This document shows, piece by piece, positions 17,653 to 26,790 of a DNA stretch of 39,241 bases. The stretch is from a virus. Lineage: Duplodnaviria; Caudoviricetes. The stretch covers positions 1 through 39,241 of the IMG/VR virus record IMGVR_UViG_3300030099_001001; one strand, written 5' to 3'. A program made the translations under genes and the position numbers. The notes under the pieces are model-generated. The model was not told the origin of the DNA, made no database searches, and saw nothing but the letters and a program-made list of their open reading frames with translations. The stretch's first letter is position 1. Every line of letters starts with the position of its first letter.

Positions 17653-20600
17653 CTATATAGTAAAGTAATCGTAAATAATGTACATGTATTGGTCAGTCCC
17701 CACAGCGGGTAGTGTCACGGTCCCTGTCACCTTTGGTGTGAAACCTGTTAAAGGAAGTGGTGTAGCTGCCGCTAGTAATGCTGTGATGTCTGCAGGAGTG
17801 TTATTGTATAGAAGAGGACTTCGTAGGAACATCAGCCTATTAGTTGCACTAAAAGAAAAACTATCAGATAACCTTTTGTTACTAATAATAGAAAGTACAG
17901 CCCCATTGTTAGGTATAATACCACCCCCTTGTGGAGCAGTAATAACTGTATAGTCGCTCACCTCTTCCGTTGCCGCATCGCCATCACCAAGTGCAAGCCT
18001 TACCCTCTTACTATGTAGGGGAGAGACAAATGTTGAGCCCTCAGTCCATTGATACTGATTATGAATAGTATCACCTACCTGTGCGTCTCTACTTACACAT
18101 ACCTCAATAAGAGTTATCTGCTGTGCTTGCGGACATCCTACCGTTATATCAAGTACAACAGTCTCCTTTCCTCCAAGTGAAGCAGGTGTGAGTGTTATTA
18201 CCACGTCCTCATCGGCAACACTGTTCTTTGTAAAGTTAAATGTTCCCGCACCTGTTGTATTGATATTGGTAGACGTACCCGTATAGTCCTCAGCTATTGT
18301 TATTGAGCCTGCATTTGCAAATGATATAATATTATATGATATCTCACAAGTTCCCACAGTGTCTCCTACGTTTACTGTAAATGAAACGGGTGAAGCCGCT
18401 GTAACTGTTAATCTTCTTTGAACACCACAATTAACTACAACAGGTTCTGTTGGTAGCTTTTTAGTATTGGAAGATAATACAAACTCATTCATGTATGGGT
18501 CAAATGCTCCAAGCTTTTGAGTATCAAAGCCTCCTAAAAATAAATCTCTAAACCAAGAACGCATACCGAACTCAGACAACACCGTTAGCTGCTCGTTCTG
18601 CCCTGAGCCCCTAAGTTGTATCAAAGCACCTCTCTTTGCATCTGTAAAGAACTTATCGTATCCATACTGAACAAAGCTTTCAGGATTAGAGCTGATACCA
18701 TACTGCTCAACTCTTGCAATCTGAGTTCCAAGAACCTCAGGTACTGATGTGACTGCACTCCCACCTGCGGCATCTGATAATAAATTTTTACCCTCTTGAA
18801 CGTATGATATCTTATCTTCCTGAAGTGTAAGGATGTCTGTCTCCCTTCCTGATATTATCTGTATAGGACCAAATGACTCCTCAAGATTTTTAAAGTTAAG
18901 GATGCCTAAGTTAAACTCATTCAGCTTATTAACATTTGTCTCTGTGTTAAACACACCACTATATGTGAGGGCTGCAAATCTATCAGCCTCTTTATAATCC
19001 TCTGCCGATGTGCTAAAAACTCTTTCGCCCATTCCAAACTCTTTACCTTTTAAAGAGTCTCTTACCCTATAGCTCTCCACTCCGTTCCCAAAAGAATAGC
19101 AGTTTCCAAAGTCTGTATTGACAACACCTTCGTTTACTGCTGATTGATTCTGAACATTTCCTGTATGGAATCCCGTTGCTTGGTCAATGGCATATGACTC
19201 CGATGATTCATACCACACATCAGCTAAGGCATCGCTTGGCTCTGTCTCAAAAACTAAAAAATTAGCATTCCTTCTTATGAACCAAATTACACTTACATAA
19301 GACTTACCTGAAGAACCTCCAAGGGGTACACCAAATGACTCGGCTCCTTTAAAAACAAACCGAATCTCAAAAGTACCCAAGTCTAAAAACCAAACAAAAC
19401 TACCCACAGGCTGTGAGTCTAAACTATAGTTGTTTGCTGTACTATTAACAACTCCTACATAATTAAAACTAGATATAGAAGCTTGTCCTTGATTTATTAT
19501 ATTAGCGTTTACAATTAAATTTATACTATTATCTGTAAACCAATCTATTATAGTAGGATAGCTTTCTGTCGCAGTAAAATTCTGCGAAAACAAAGCATCA
19601 ATAGTTTGCACTGAGCCGTTAGGTCCATCAGAATTTCTTGTTATCTGCATTAAAAAGCTTATTGTAGACCCTACAGGGATATCCGCATCTGAAGGGAAAG
19701 GACCCGTTAGAGGAGGAACTCCCGAAGTATTTCCTGTACCTCCACTCAGGCCATTGTAAACATTTATAGGAATAGCACCAAAGTTTCCTCCCTCAACCTG
19801 ATAAAATGTTGGAGTAGTTTTAGGAAATGTTGTTTCTAGTGTTGCGTCAACAGAAAAATCAGTAGGCAATACCTTCATATAAACTCCTGCGGGAGGTGTT
19901 GCTCCCGAAGATGTAGTTATAAATCCTGAGCCATGTGCCTTTTTTTCCAATACCTTAACAGACCTGCAGTTAGAAACAAATCCATCAGAGTCTCTTTTGA
20001 CAATTAGCCTAGCATCTTCTTCAACTTTTTGAGCATTCTCACCCTCAAGTTTTATGTATGCAAAATCGCTTTCTGCATCTAAATAAAATCTGTCTGCATA
20101 AATAGTTTGATAACCTTCCAAGTCCGGTTTAATACAGAACTTATATCTTGTAGCAAAAGATGGTGCTAACTGATATGTAGGTATGGTTACTTTTATTCTG
20201 TTTTTTAAAGCAGAAACACCGCAAGGTGTATATACTGAATTAAATTCACTAACCAAGGCTGTGCTAGCCCTACCAAAATCATCCATATATATAATTCCTA
20301 TCTCATAGTTTCTATTACTATGAAGACTCAATGATGATGATGATGATTTAAATAGTGCGTTGGGACTAGATATGTCAAAATATTCATATGCACTATCTGT
20401 CGCAGGGTCATTTGGATTGGCAATATCTGTTACCCGCCTCATCGCTAACACCGTAAAAGTGATTGAACTATTTCCAACACTACTACCTATAAGTATACCC
20501 TCGCCATTATTTTGAGTTCCCGGAGGAGTTATAGCAGATGTTCTTCCCGACACATACTTTGTCCAAGTAGTGGCCAATGCGGAATCTAATACATTTGTAA

Positions 20601-22116
20601 TGTTACAATTGTAGCTATCAGTGAATGTAATACCTGAACAAGACGTAGGATTAGTAGGGTCATATACAGGCAAGATTGTTCCTCCCGGCAACGCTGTCCC
20701 AACCTTATCTATAAAATCTTGGTCAGTGGCTAAATCATTTACAGAAGCAAAGTCTTTTTGCAACTGATATGTAAAAGATACAGGGGTACTTACCGACTGC
20801 TCTGTTGGCACTGTTGTGGGAGAAGCTGAATTACTAAAGGTAGCGTGTATTAATGTAAAAGATATGGATATCTCAGAGCCTCTCGTTAACTCTAAGCCCT
20901 GAAGATTTACAGATAAAAGAGAATTGGTAGTGACAGAGCCATCAAAAGTAAATTCATGAGACGATGCCACCGCTGAAAGCGTTACAACACTTACTGATTC
21001 TGATATTAAATCTGCATCAAAGTCTAGCCTTAATGCATTATTATTTTTGTCTCTTAAATTATATCCCTCTACATAGTTTCCATAAACCAATCTATTCCCC
21101 ATGACAGTCTGTGCCTGAGCGAATCTAGGGACATTGTCAAAAAGTCTCAGCAGCTCTGAGTCAGGCAATACGGTGAATATCTGATTAGAGTTAAAAACAA
21201 AAGTATAGTCAGTATTGTCCGCAAATCCTTCATCGGTTTTATCAAACTTTCGTGCAACCTTTATAACATTGCTCTCAGATTCTTTGAAAATTAAATCAAT
21301 ACCTTTAACTAAAGGTCCTCCTGAGTTGTAGGTTACATTAATTTCGTTATTAATATTCTGCATACCTTCATTTAGCTGTGATGCGTCACTATAATCAAAT
21401 GGTCCACTTGCAAAAGCAGGTTTTGAAAATGGTGAAGTTGCTGAATACTGATTATTCTCATAGCGATACCTATAAGCAAAGCACAGAAACCTATCTTTAA
21501 CATAGTTCTCATCTCCTCCGGTATCTGATAATGTAAGTGTTGGAGCCGTTAAAGGCGGCTTCTTTATTACAAGCAGTTCCTCTGCTGTAAATTGGTCTAC
21601 CCCTCCTGATGGCTCGGCATAGTTCTTATTGATATCAATAAACCTAGGTGCGTTATAGTCATCAGTGAAGAATAAAAAGTCCTCTACCATATCTATACCT
21701 GTTATAAGATATGTAGGGTTAAAGTTTAGAGTGGTATTGGATGTGCTACCATCACGCTCACTAACTACATGATACGTTAATATATCTTCCTTTACATTTA
21801 AAGATACTATAAGGTCAAGCTTATTTATGGCTCCTGATGAAAAGCTACGGTCATGAATAAACCAATATATAGTCTCACGGGTTCCGTCCTCAAAAGCACC
21901 AATACATCGAGCGTTACTGCTTAAAGCATTACCGTCAAACTCAAGTGTTGTAAGCTGAGTGTTACCCTTTGAGTTCTCTACCGAGCCTATCTCTGACTGC
22001 TCAGTAGAACCAAGTCTTACGTTTAAGGCATCAATGTATTCTCCATTGGGTACGAGTCTTTCATCGACACCCTTATTCATTTTGCCCGATATAAAATGTC
22101 GCTTTGTATTAGCCAT
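17653..22116 (-). CDS. Tail nozzle/stabilisation protein (tail tubular protein B / P22 gp10-like)
   Basis: F..GKMNKGVDERLVPNGEYIDALNVR...GSVENSKGN, FAYRYRY, GNRLVYGNY, GISSNPESF...FFTDAKRG, GAFDPYMNEF; beta-rich; follows the adaptor genes. Confidence 0.8.
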   Translation of the reverse strand: MANTKRHFISGKMNKGVDERLVPNGEYIDALNVRLGSTEQSEIGSVENSKGNTQLTTLEFDGNALSSNARCIGAFEDGTRETIYWFIHDRSFSSGAINKLDLIVSLNVKEDILTYHVVSERDGSTSNTTLNFNPTYLITGIDMVEDFLFFTDDYNAPRFIDINKNYAEPSGGVDQFTAEELLVIKKPPLTAPTLTLSDTGGDENYVKDRFLCFAYRYRYENNQYSATSPFSKPAFASGPFDYSDASQLNEGMQNINNEINVTYNSGGPLVKGIDLIFKESESNVIKVARKFDKTDEGFADNTDYTFVFNSNQIFTVLPDSELLRLFDNVPRFAQAQTVMGNRLVYGNYVEGYNLRDKNNNALRLDFDADLISESVSVVTLSAVASSHEFTFDGSVTTNSLLSVNLQGLELTRGSEISISFTLIHATFSNSASPTTVPTEQSVSTPVSFTYQLQKDFASVNDLATDQDFIDKVGTALPGGTILPVYDPTNPTSCSGITFTDSYNCNITNVLDSALATTWTKYVSGRTSAITPPGTQNNGEGILIGSSVGNSSITFTVLAMRRVTDIANPNDPATDSAYEYFDISSPNALFKSSSSSLSLHSNRNYEIGIIYMDDFGRASTALVSEFNSVYTPCGVSALKNRIKVTIPTYQLAPSFATRYKFCIKPDLEGYQTIYADRFYLDAESDFAYIKLEGENAQKVEEDARLIVKRDSDGFVSNCRSVKVLEKKAHGSGFITTSSGATPPAGVYMKVLPTDFSVDATLETTFPKTTPTFYQVEGGNFGAIPINVYNGLSGGTGNTSGVPPLTGPFPSDADIPVGSTISFLMQITRNSDGPNGSVQTIDALFSQNFTATESYPTIIDWFTDNSINLIVNANIINQGQASISSFNYVGVVNSTANNYSLDSQPVGSFVWFLDLGTFEIRFVFKGAESFGVPLGGSSGKSYVSVIWFIRRNANFLVFETEPSDALADVWYESSESYAIDQATGFHTGNVQNQSAVNEGVVNTDFGNCYSFGNGVESYRVRDSLKGKEFGMGERVFSTSAEDYKEADRFAALTYSGVFNTETNVNKLNEFNLGILNFKNLEESFGPIQIISGRETDILTLQEDKISYVQEGKNLLSDAAGGSAVTSVPEVLGTQIARVEQYGISSNPESFVQYGYDKFFTDAKRGALIQLRGSGQNEQLTVLSEFGMRSWFRDLFLGGFDTQKLGAFDPYMNEFVLSSNTKKLPTEPVVVNCGVQRRLTVTAASPVSFTVNVGDTVGTCEISYNIISFANAGSITIAEDYTGTSTNINTTGAGTFNFTKNSVADEDVVITLTPASLGGKETVVLDITVGCPQAQQITLIEVCVSRDAQVGDTIHNQYQWTEGSTFVSPLHSKRVRLALGDGDAATEEVSDYTVITAPQGGGIIPNNGAVLSIISNKRLSDSFSFSATNRLMFLRSPLLYNNTPADITALLAAATPLPLTGFTPKVTGTVTLPAVGTDQYMYIIYDYFTI

Positions 22117-23040
22117 CTATTTCATCCATTTATCACGCCCTCGAAGATTCATTAATAATCTTCCGGGGTGAATATTACTTATTCTGATTTTAGCATTGCG
22201 TAGCTCTGCACTCTTCTTCCTGCGAGCCCGAGCAATTACATACTCCTGTGTGTTGAGCTTTGAATTTAAAACCTCATATGTAATGTAAGAGTATATGTAC
22301 TGCTCAAATAACTTGTTTACCTGAACCAATGAGTCTGCACCATTCTCCATACCATCAGATACATACTCTAGTATGCACGACTCACCCGACATAGAGGAGT
22401 CAAAATTTATTACGCCTGAGCGTTTATCTATCTTAAAGGTAGGATTAGCATTAGCCGTCTCTGTATTAAGGCCATAGAACGCTCCTATACCGTAGTCAAA
22501 GTACCAATACCCATCATAGTTATATCCCTCGAATCCGTGAAACGGACTAGCCTCATTAAGGTAGATGCTTTTCTGTGTACCTGTAATTCTATCCATATCA
22601 AGCTCAGAGAACTCAGGCTTCAGTACGTTTCCGTCTTCGTCAAATAATATCTTATAGTTATTGTCCTGTAGGTAAGCACTCGAGCTATTGATTTGAATAT
22701 TCTCAGTCAAAGGACGAATCAATCCATCCTTGTACAGTGATACCCTAACCCAATTGACATAGTCAGGTGGTAAAACAAACCTCAAGGCATCGTCTACATT
22801 TAGCTGTAGTACCTTAATCTCTTTGAACGCATCATAGTTTAACTCCTGAATCCCTCGCTTTGCGTGGAATAATATCTTGTATCTCTCCTCGTTATTAACT
22901 ATCGAGTGGTTCCCTGAATACATCAGCATATAGTTATTTACAATATCATATAGGCTGACATACTGATAGGAGCCCCAATTAGCATCCTCAGGATTCTTGC
23001 CATCATTCTCATAGTATTGGTATTGTGATATATACGCCAT
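22117..23040 (-). CDS. Putative tail ring/adaptor protein
   Basis: 307 aa between adaptor and nozzle; LPPDYVNWVRVS, ILEYVSDG motifs of ring/tubular-A type. Confidence 0.65.
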   Translation of the reverse strand: MAYISQYQYYENDGKNPEDANWGSYQYVSLYDIVNNYMLMYSGNHSIVNNEERYKILFHAKRGIQELNYDAFKEIKVLQLNVDDALRFVLPPDYVNWVRVSLYKDGLIRPLTENIQINSSSAYLQDNNYKILFDEDGNVLKPEFSELDMDRITGTQKSIYLNEASPFHGFEGYNYDGYWYFDYGIGAFYGLNTETANANPTFKIDKRSGVINFDSSMSGESCILEYVSDGMENGADSLVQVNKLFEQYIYSYITYEVLNSKLNTQEYVIARARRKKSAELRNAKIRISNIHPGRLLMNLRGRDKWMK

Positions 23041-23990
23041 TATCTTTCTTTTTGGTCATTCATTGTTTCCTCTCCTTTACCAAACTGCACTGCCGCTACC
23101 TCTCTTATAGACATTCCTGCATATTGAAGTATCTTATTGACTAACTCTACTTGGTCATCGTTACTCAACTCAAAGTCTTGGAAGTCAGGCTGAGTAGAAT
23201 CAAACATTGGCTCACCGTTTGTTAGTGTTACATACGTCCACTTAGGGTCCTTAGGATATCTTATGTACTGACAGAGTATTCCCTCTGTTAGTGTTGATGG
23301 GAAAGCAGTTAGCAACGATGCCTCTTGCGTGTACGCAGGAAACATTCTACTTGGTGCTGTCAGCATAGAGTTATTAAGCATTGTAATCTTAGAGTGTGTA
23401 ACCTTCTCAAGCTCATTTTGCTTAGGTTTAAATATAATATATTCTGCACCAAGGTTTACTAATCCATCAAATATCCCTGCAGATAAGTTTAATGATTGAC
23501 CACTAGCTATACTAGTTACCGTTGCGTGTGTTGGTGGTGTCGGTAAAAGATTAAAAACAATATCTCCTGCCTGAACATCTGTGGCCCTAAAGGTTGCATT
23601 ACTATCTATAAGCTGCGTTGCAGAGACGGTTGTTATTGTTCCTGTTGCAGCTATTGTCTCATATCCTAATACCTTGTTAATAAGGTAGTAGTCATCACCC
23701 GTATATGCGGGTGCAGGTAAAAAGAATGTGTTGTTGGTATTGTGTGTAAGGTATTTTGTTTCTGAAAAAATCTCAATCACTTCCTCATACCCCTTCTTGA
23801 TATCAGCTAGCCCTGTACCTGACTGTCTAGCATTCTCTTTATTTATCTGATAGTTATACTGATAGAAGTAATCATCAAAGATATCTAGCTGAGCCTGCTT
23901 AGCAAACAGATTGAAGTCTGATGGGGATATGTAACCGTAGTTGTTTTTGTTTAAAACGGACAGTACCGTATTCCTTACTGAGTTAATCAT
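23040..23990 (-). CDS. Putative head-tail adaptor/ring protein with inserted beta module
   Basis: MINSVRNTVLSVLNKNNYGYISPSDFNLFAKQAQLDIF...QYIRYPKDPKW...DFEL...LVNKILQYAG; insertion at about 23427-23657. Confidence 0.7.
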   Translation of the reverse strand: MINSVRNTVLSVLNKNNYGYISPSDFNLFAKQAQLDIFDDYFYQYNYQINKENARQSGTGLADIKKGYEEVIEIFSETKYLTHNTNNTFFLPAPAYTGDDYYLINKVLGYETIAATGTITTVSATQLIDSNATFRATDVQAGDIVFNLLPTPPTHATVTSIASGQSLNLSAGIFDGLVNLGAEYIIFKPKQNELEKVTHSKITMLNNSMLTAPSRMFPAYTQEASLLTAFPSTLTEGILCQYIRYPKDPKWTYVTLTNGEPMFDSTQPDFQDFELSNDDQVELVNKILQYAGMSIREVAAVQFGKGEETMNDQKER

Positions 23991-24004
23991 CTTTATTGTT
24001 TACA

Positions 24005-24012
24005 CAAAGATA
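24005..24012 (-). promoter_or_regulatory. Bacteroidota -7 promoter element TATCTTTG
   Basis: Intergenic, 14 nt before the ATG at 23990, immediately after a terminator T-tract. Confidence 0.75.
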
Positions 24013-24015
24013 ATG

Positions 24016-24046
24016 AAAAAAAAAGAGGGCTCCTTAAAAGCCCTCT
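24016..24046 (-). terminator. Rho-independent terminator
   Basis: Minus strand AGAGGGCT-tttaagg-AGCCCTCT with a 9-T run. Confidence 0.88.
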
Positions 24047-24071
24047 CCTGTTAATTGTTTAGTAACTAACT

Positions 24072-24350
24072 CTATACGTTAAGAATACTTGTTACCGCTT
24101 TTGGAAGTACCACTTCGTAGTATGCTTTCTGCCAAGAAGTAGCGATAGCTGTTTCAATAGCATTTAAAATCTCAGTATATACATCTGAGCCTACCTGAGC
24201 AGCAGTGGTTACTGTAGTTGTAGTACCATCAAAATACTTAATAGTAACTGTAGCTGCGGTAGCATTTGCGGTAGCAACTGCTTTAATTCCGTTAATAGCA
24301 ATCAATTGACCTGTAACAGGTGCGTTTGTAACTTTCAAAAATTTTTCCAT
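24072..24350 (-). CDS. Small Thr/Ala/Val-rich protein, possibly capsid-associated
   Basis: 92 aa with its own promoter (24383-24390) and terminator (24016-24046); composition like the MCP. Confidence 0.7.
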   Translation of the reverse strand: MEKFLKVTNAPVTGQLIAINGIKAVATANATAATVTIKYFDGTTTTVTTAAQVGSDVYTEILNAIETAIATSWQKAYYEVVLPKAVTSILNV

Positions 24351-24382
24351 TTGTAAAAAATATTAATGGGTTAATAATGTCA

Positions 24383-24390
24383 CAAAGATA
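24383..24390 (-). promoter_or_regulatory. Bacteroidota -7 promoter element TATCTTTG
   Basis: Intergenic, 32 nt before the ATG at 24350, immediately after a terminator T-tract. Confidence 0.72.
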
Positions 24391-24393
24391 CAT

Positions 24394-24423
24394 AAAAAAA
24401 GGGACCTGTTTAGGTCCCTTTTT
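24394..24423 (-). terminator. Rho-independent terminator (potentially bidirectional)
   Basis: AAAAAAAGGGACCT-gttt-AGGTCCCTTTTT, with T-runs on both strands. Confidence 0.9.
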
Positions 24424-24456
24424 GCTTAAATAAACATTCAAACATTCGTTATGAGG
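24394..24456 (-). ncRNA. Candidate ~60-nt small regulatory RNA
   Basis: TACATTTG promoter element (24461-24468), ~35 nt unstructured U-rich segment, then a strong terminator. 5' end estimated. Confidence 0.45.
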
Positions 24457-24460
24457 ATTA

Positions 24461-24468
24461 CAAATGTA
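24461..24468 (-). promoter_or_regulatory. Bacteroidota -7 promoter element TACATTTG
   Basis: Intergenic TAnnTTTG followed by TA like other copies; an upstream TTTG lies 12 nt away (shorter than the canonical 19-21). Confidence 0.55.
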
Positions 24469-24492
24469 CAAATAATATACCAAATAAAAAAA

Positions 24493-25236
24493 TTATAATA
24501 ACTTTTCTAAAACCTTCAGTGCCTCTACACCCTCATCGCTCTTGAAATAAGTAGCGACAGTGAAGTGACCGTCCTCTCCGAAAGGAACTGTAAGTAGCTT
24601 CTTTTTATTTGTAGTGGTATTATACCATACCTCCTTCTGATTCTTTCTAAACTGAATGATTCCTTTATCAAACATCATCATCACCTTTGACTGTAGCTTC
24701 AGTTCAGGGTCTCTAACAACGTCTAAGAACTCTTCAGGATAGTTACGAGCGTACACAAGTATGTCTCGCTTCATCTCGGCTGTAGAAATCTTTGATACAT
24801 CTACACCAAATAATACTGCAGAGATGCTCTCAAGCTGCTCGATACTCAGCTGTCGTGCTTCAATCAATGCATCGACCTCTAGGTTTAAAATCTCTACATC
24901 CTCTGATGCATCCTTCTCATCGTTAATCTCTTCATACTTTAATCCATTCATTGGATGATAGTATAAGAACTTCTGAAGTACCTGATTATTTTTTGGTACA
25001 TAAAGCATACCATCCTCAAAGATTATAGGCTCAACAATTGCATTGCCGTCCTGCTCATCTTCAAATGGAGTCTTCTGATTTCGTGCGTATCTTAATGGTT
25101 TGTTTACCCCTGTCTCTTCATCAAACCATAGTAGTGGATATCGTTTAGTATTACGAGTTGGTAACATAAACGTAAGTGGGGAGTTTTGTTTTTTAAGCCT
25201 ATAGGCTTTGTCTGTGTATTTCTCTTTCTTTTGCAT
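24493..25236 (-). CDS. Conserved hypothetical protein downstream of major capsid gene
   Basis: 247 aa, LRYARNQKTPFEDEQ...IIFEDGMLYVP...LQKFLYYHP; function unknown. Confidence 0.8.
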   Translation of the reverse strand: MQKKEKYTDKAYRLKKQNSPLTFMLPTRNTKRYPLLWFDEETGVNKPLRYARNQKTPFEDEQDGNAIVEPIIFEDGMLYVPKNNQVLQKFLYYHPMNGLKYEEINDEKDASEDVEILNLEVDALIEARQLSIEQLESISAVLFGVDVSKISTAEMKRDILVYARNYPEEFLDVVRDPELKLQSKVMMMFDKGIIQFRKNQKEVWYNTTTNKKKLLTVPFGEDGHFTVATYFKSDEGVEALKVLEKLL

Positions 25237-25255
25237 TAGATAAAATTTAATTTTT

Positions 25256-25286
25256 AAAAAATAGGGAGTGCCCTAAGACACTCCCT
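25256..25286 (-). terminator. Rho-independent terminator after major capsid gene
   Basis: Minus strand AGGGAGTGTC-ttag-GGCACTCCCT-ATTTTTT, 19 nt after the MCP stop. Confidence 0.85.
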
Positions 25287-25305
25287 TGTATTGTAGTAAC
25301 TATTC

Positions 25306-26772
25306 TTACTCTTGGAATAAGAAGAAGTTGTTCGCTCCTAGAGTACATACTGCTCTCTCAGAAAGGAAGTTTACTTCCATTGCATCTAAGTCAGAAGTAC
25401 GAGCCCCTCCGGCTGAACCTGTAATCCAAGTCTTGTATCGTCTGTCTTCAGTCTCTGAAGCTCTGTAACGTACGTGAAGGAAAGGACGCTTAGCATTCTT
25501 ACCCATGATTTGGTCATATACAGTAGTTGAACCTGCAGGTACTAATAGTCCGTTTACACGTCCTGAGTTAGCTCCTGTTGGAAGTCCACCTCTCATTGTT
25601 GGGTCGTTCAAGTATTTCCAATCAGACTTGTAGAAGTCATATCCTCTTCGGAATCCTGTGAATCCAAGGTTAAGTGCCATCTCTTCGTCATTGTCAAACA
25701 ATCCGTAAGATGTACCACCTGCACCATAAGAGTTCTGAGCTGCTAACATATCATCAATGTCGAATCCAAACTGTCGGTCTAGGAAGATAACATTCTCCTC
25801 GATAGCACCTTGCTTGTCAAGACGTGAGATAACAGCATCGAAGTCTGCAAGTGCGACAGGGTTTCCACCGCCCCATACATTTCCTCGGTTCTCTACTACG
25901 TAGAAGATACCTTCAGAACCTTTGTTACCAAAGTTGTCGTTCATTCCTGCTCCTCCTCCTGCGTTAGACGCTCCTGAACCTGCTTCTGCAGGAACCGCCT
26001 CAATCATTGCAGTCTCAAGATAGTCGTCAAAACGTAGACGAGTCTCGTGCTCAGACTTCAAATACCACAAGTATCCTGTAGCTCCGTTCTCTGTCTGTAC
26101 TTCAATCCATCCAATCTGTGCCATGTCAGAACCTGATACCTCATACTTATCTTTTAAGATAATTGGAGAGTTATCAAAAATCATGTCGTCAGCCTCTAAG
26201 GAACCTGCCATTCCGATTGTTCCTTTTCTGAACTCAGAACCGTAGATGAATACTGTAACATCAGAGTTACCTACTCCTGTACCCGCTGTAACAAGACCTG
26301 CCGCCTCATATAAGGCTACGGTAAATGTATTTGGTGATACTACTGCTGTAACAACTCCTTTGTTGCTTCCGCTTCCGTTGTTCTGAACAATCATAACCGT
26401 CTGTCCTGTACGGATAGCGATAGATGGTGTTCCTAAAGCTCCTGCTGTTGAACCTGCAGGTGCTAAAGCGTCATTCACTTGGAATGTAGCTTGAAGAGCT
26501 GCTCCCGCTGCTGCTGTTCCTACCTGAGTGTATTTCGTGTGTAATCTTCCTTGCTCTGCCCATTTGATAAGGTCTGAGTTAGAAGGCATCTCTGCTCCTA
26601 CTAATCGTAGGAAAGATGCAATTGTTCTATTACCATAACGCTCGAACTCTTTCTCATATGTATCAGGAAGATACTGATTCAAAAAGTCGAAGTTGGTAAT
26701 GTAGTTTGTTGCTGTGGGAATCTGCGTTGCAGATGGCTGCAAATCAAATCCCGGTACTGCTTGTACTGCCAT
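25306..26772 (-). CDS. Major capsid protein
   Basis: 488 aa after portal and scaffold, followed by a terminator; QYLPDTYEKEFERYGNRT...IKWAEQGRLH, IILKDKYEVSGSD, FLSERAVCTLGANNF, as recalled from Bacteroidota phage MCPs. Confidence 0.88.
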   Translation of the reverse strand: MAVQAVPGFDLQPSATQIPTATNYITNFDFLNQYLPDTYEKEFERYGNRTIASFLRLVGAEMPSNSDLIKWAEQGRLHTKYTQVGTAAAGAALQATFQVNDALAPAGSTAGALGTPSIAIRTGQTVMIVQNNGSGSNKGVVTAVVSPNTFTVALYEAAGLVTAGTGVGNSDVTVFIYGSEFRKGTIGMAGSLEADDMIFDNSPIILKDKYEVSGSDMAQIGWIEVQTENGATGYLWYLKSEHETRLRFDDYLETAMIEAVPAEAGSGASNAGGGAGMNDNFGNKGSEGIFYVVENRGNVWGGGNPVALADFDAVISRLDKQGAIEENVIFLDRQFGFDIDDMLAAQNSYGAGGTSYGLFDNDEEMALNLGFTGFRRGYDFYKSDWKYLNDPTMRGGLPTGANSGRVNGLLVPAGSTTVYDQIMGKNAKRPFLHVRYRASETEDRRYKTWITGSAGGARTSDLDAMEVNFLSERAVCTLGANNFFLFQE

Positions 26773-26790
26773 TTTCTTTTTCTTTTAAAA

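Noticed and set aside
24292-24483. 63-aa minus-strand ORF across the intergenic region
   Set aside because: TTG start, runs through a strong terminator and two promoter motifs, and overlaps the 92-aa gene out of frame.
24450-24550. 32-codon + strand ORF (MRITNVQIIYQ...) starting in the candidate sRNA complement
   Set aside because: Antisense to the 247-aa gene end, no + strand promoter seen, and a bidirectional terminator lies just upstream; not excluded but unsupported.
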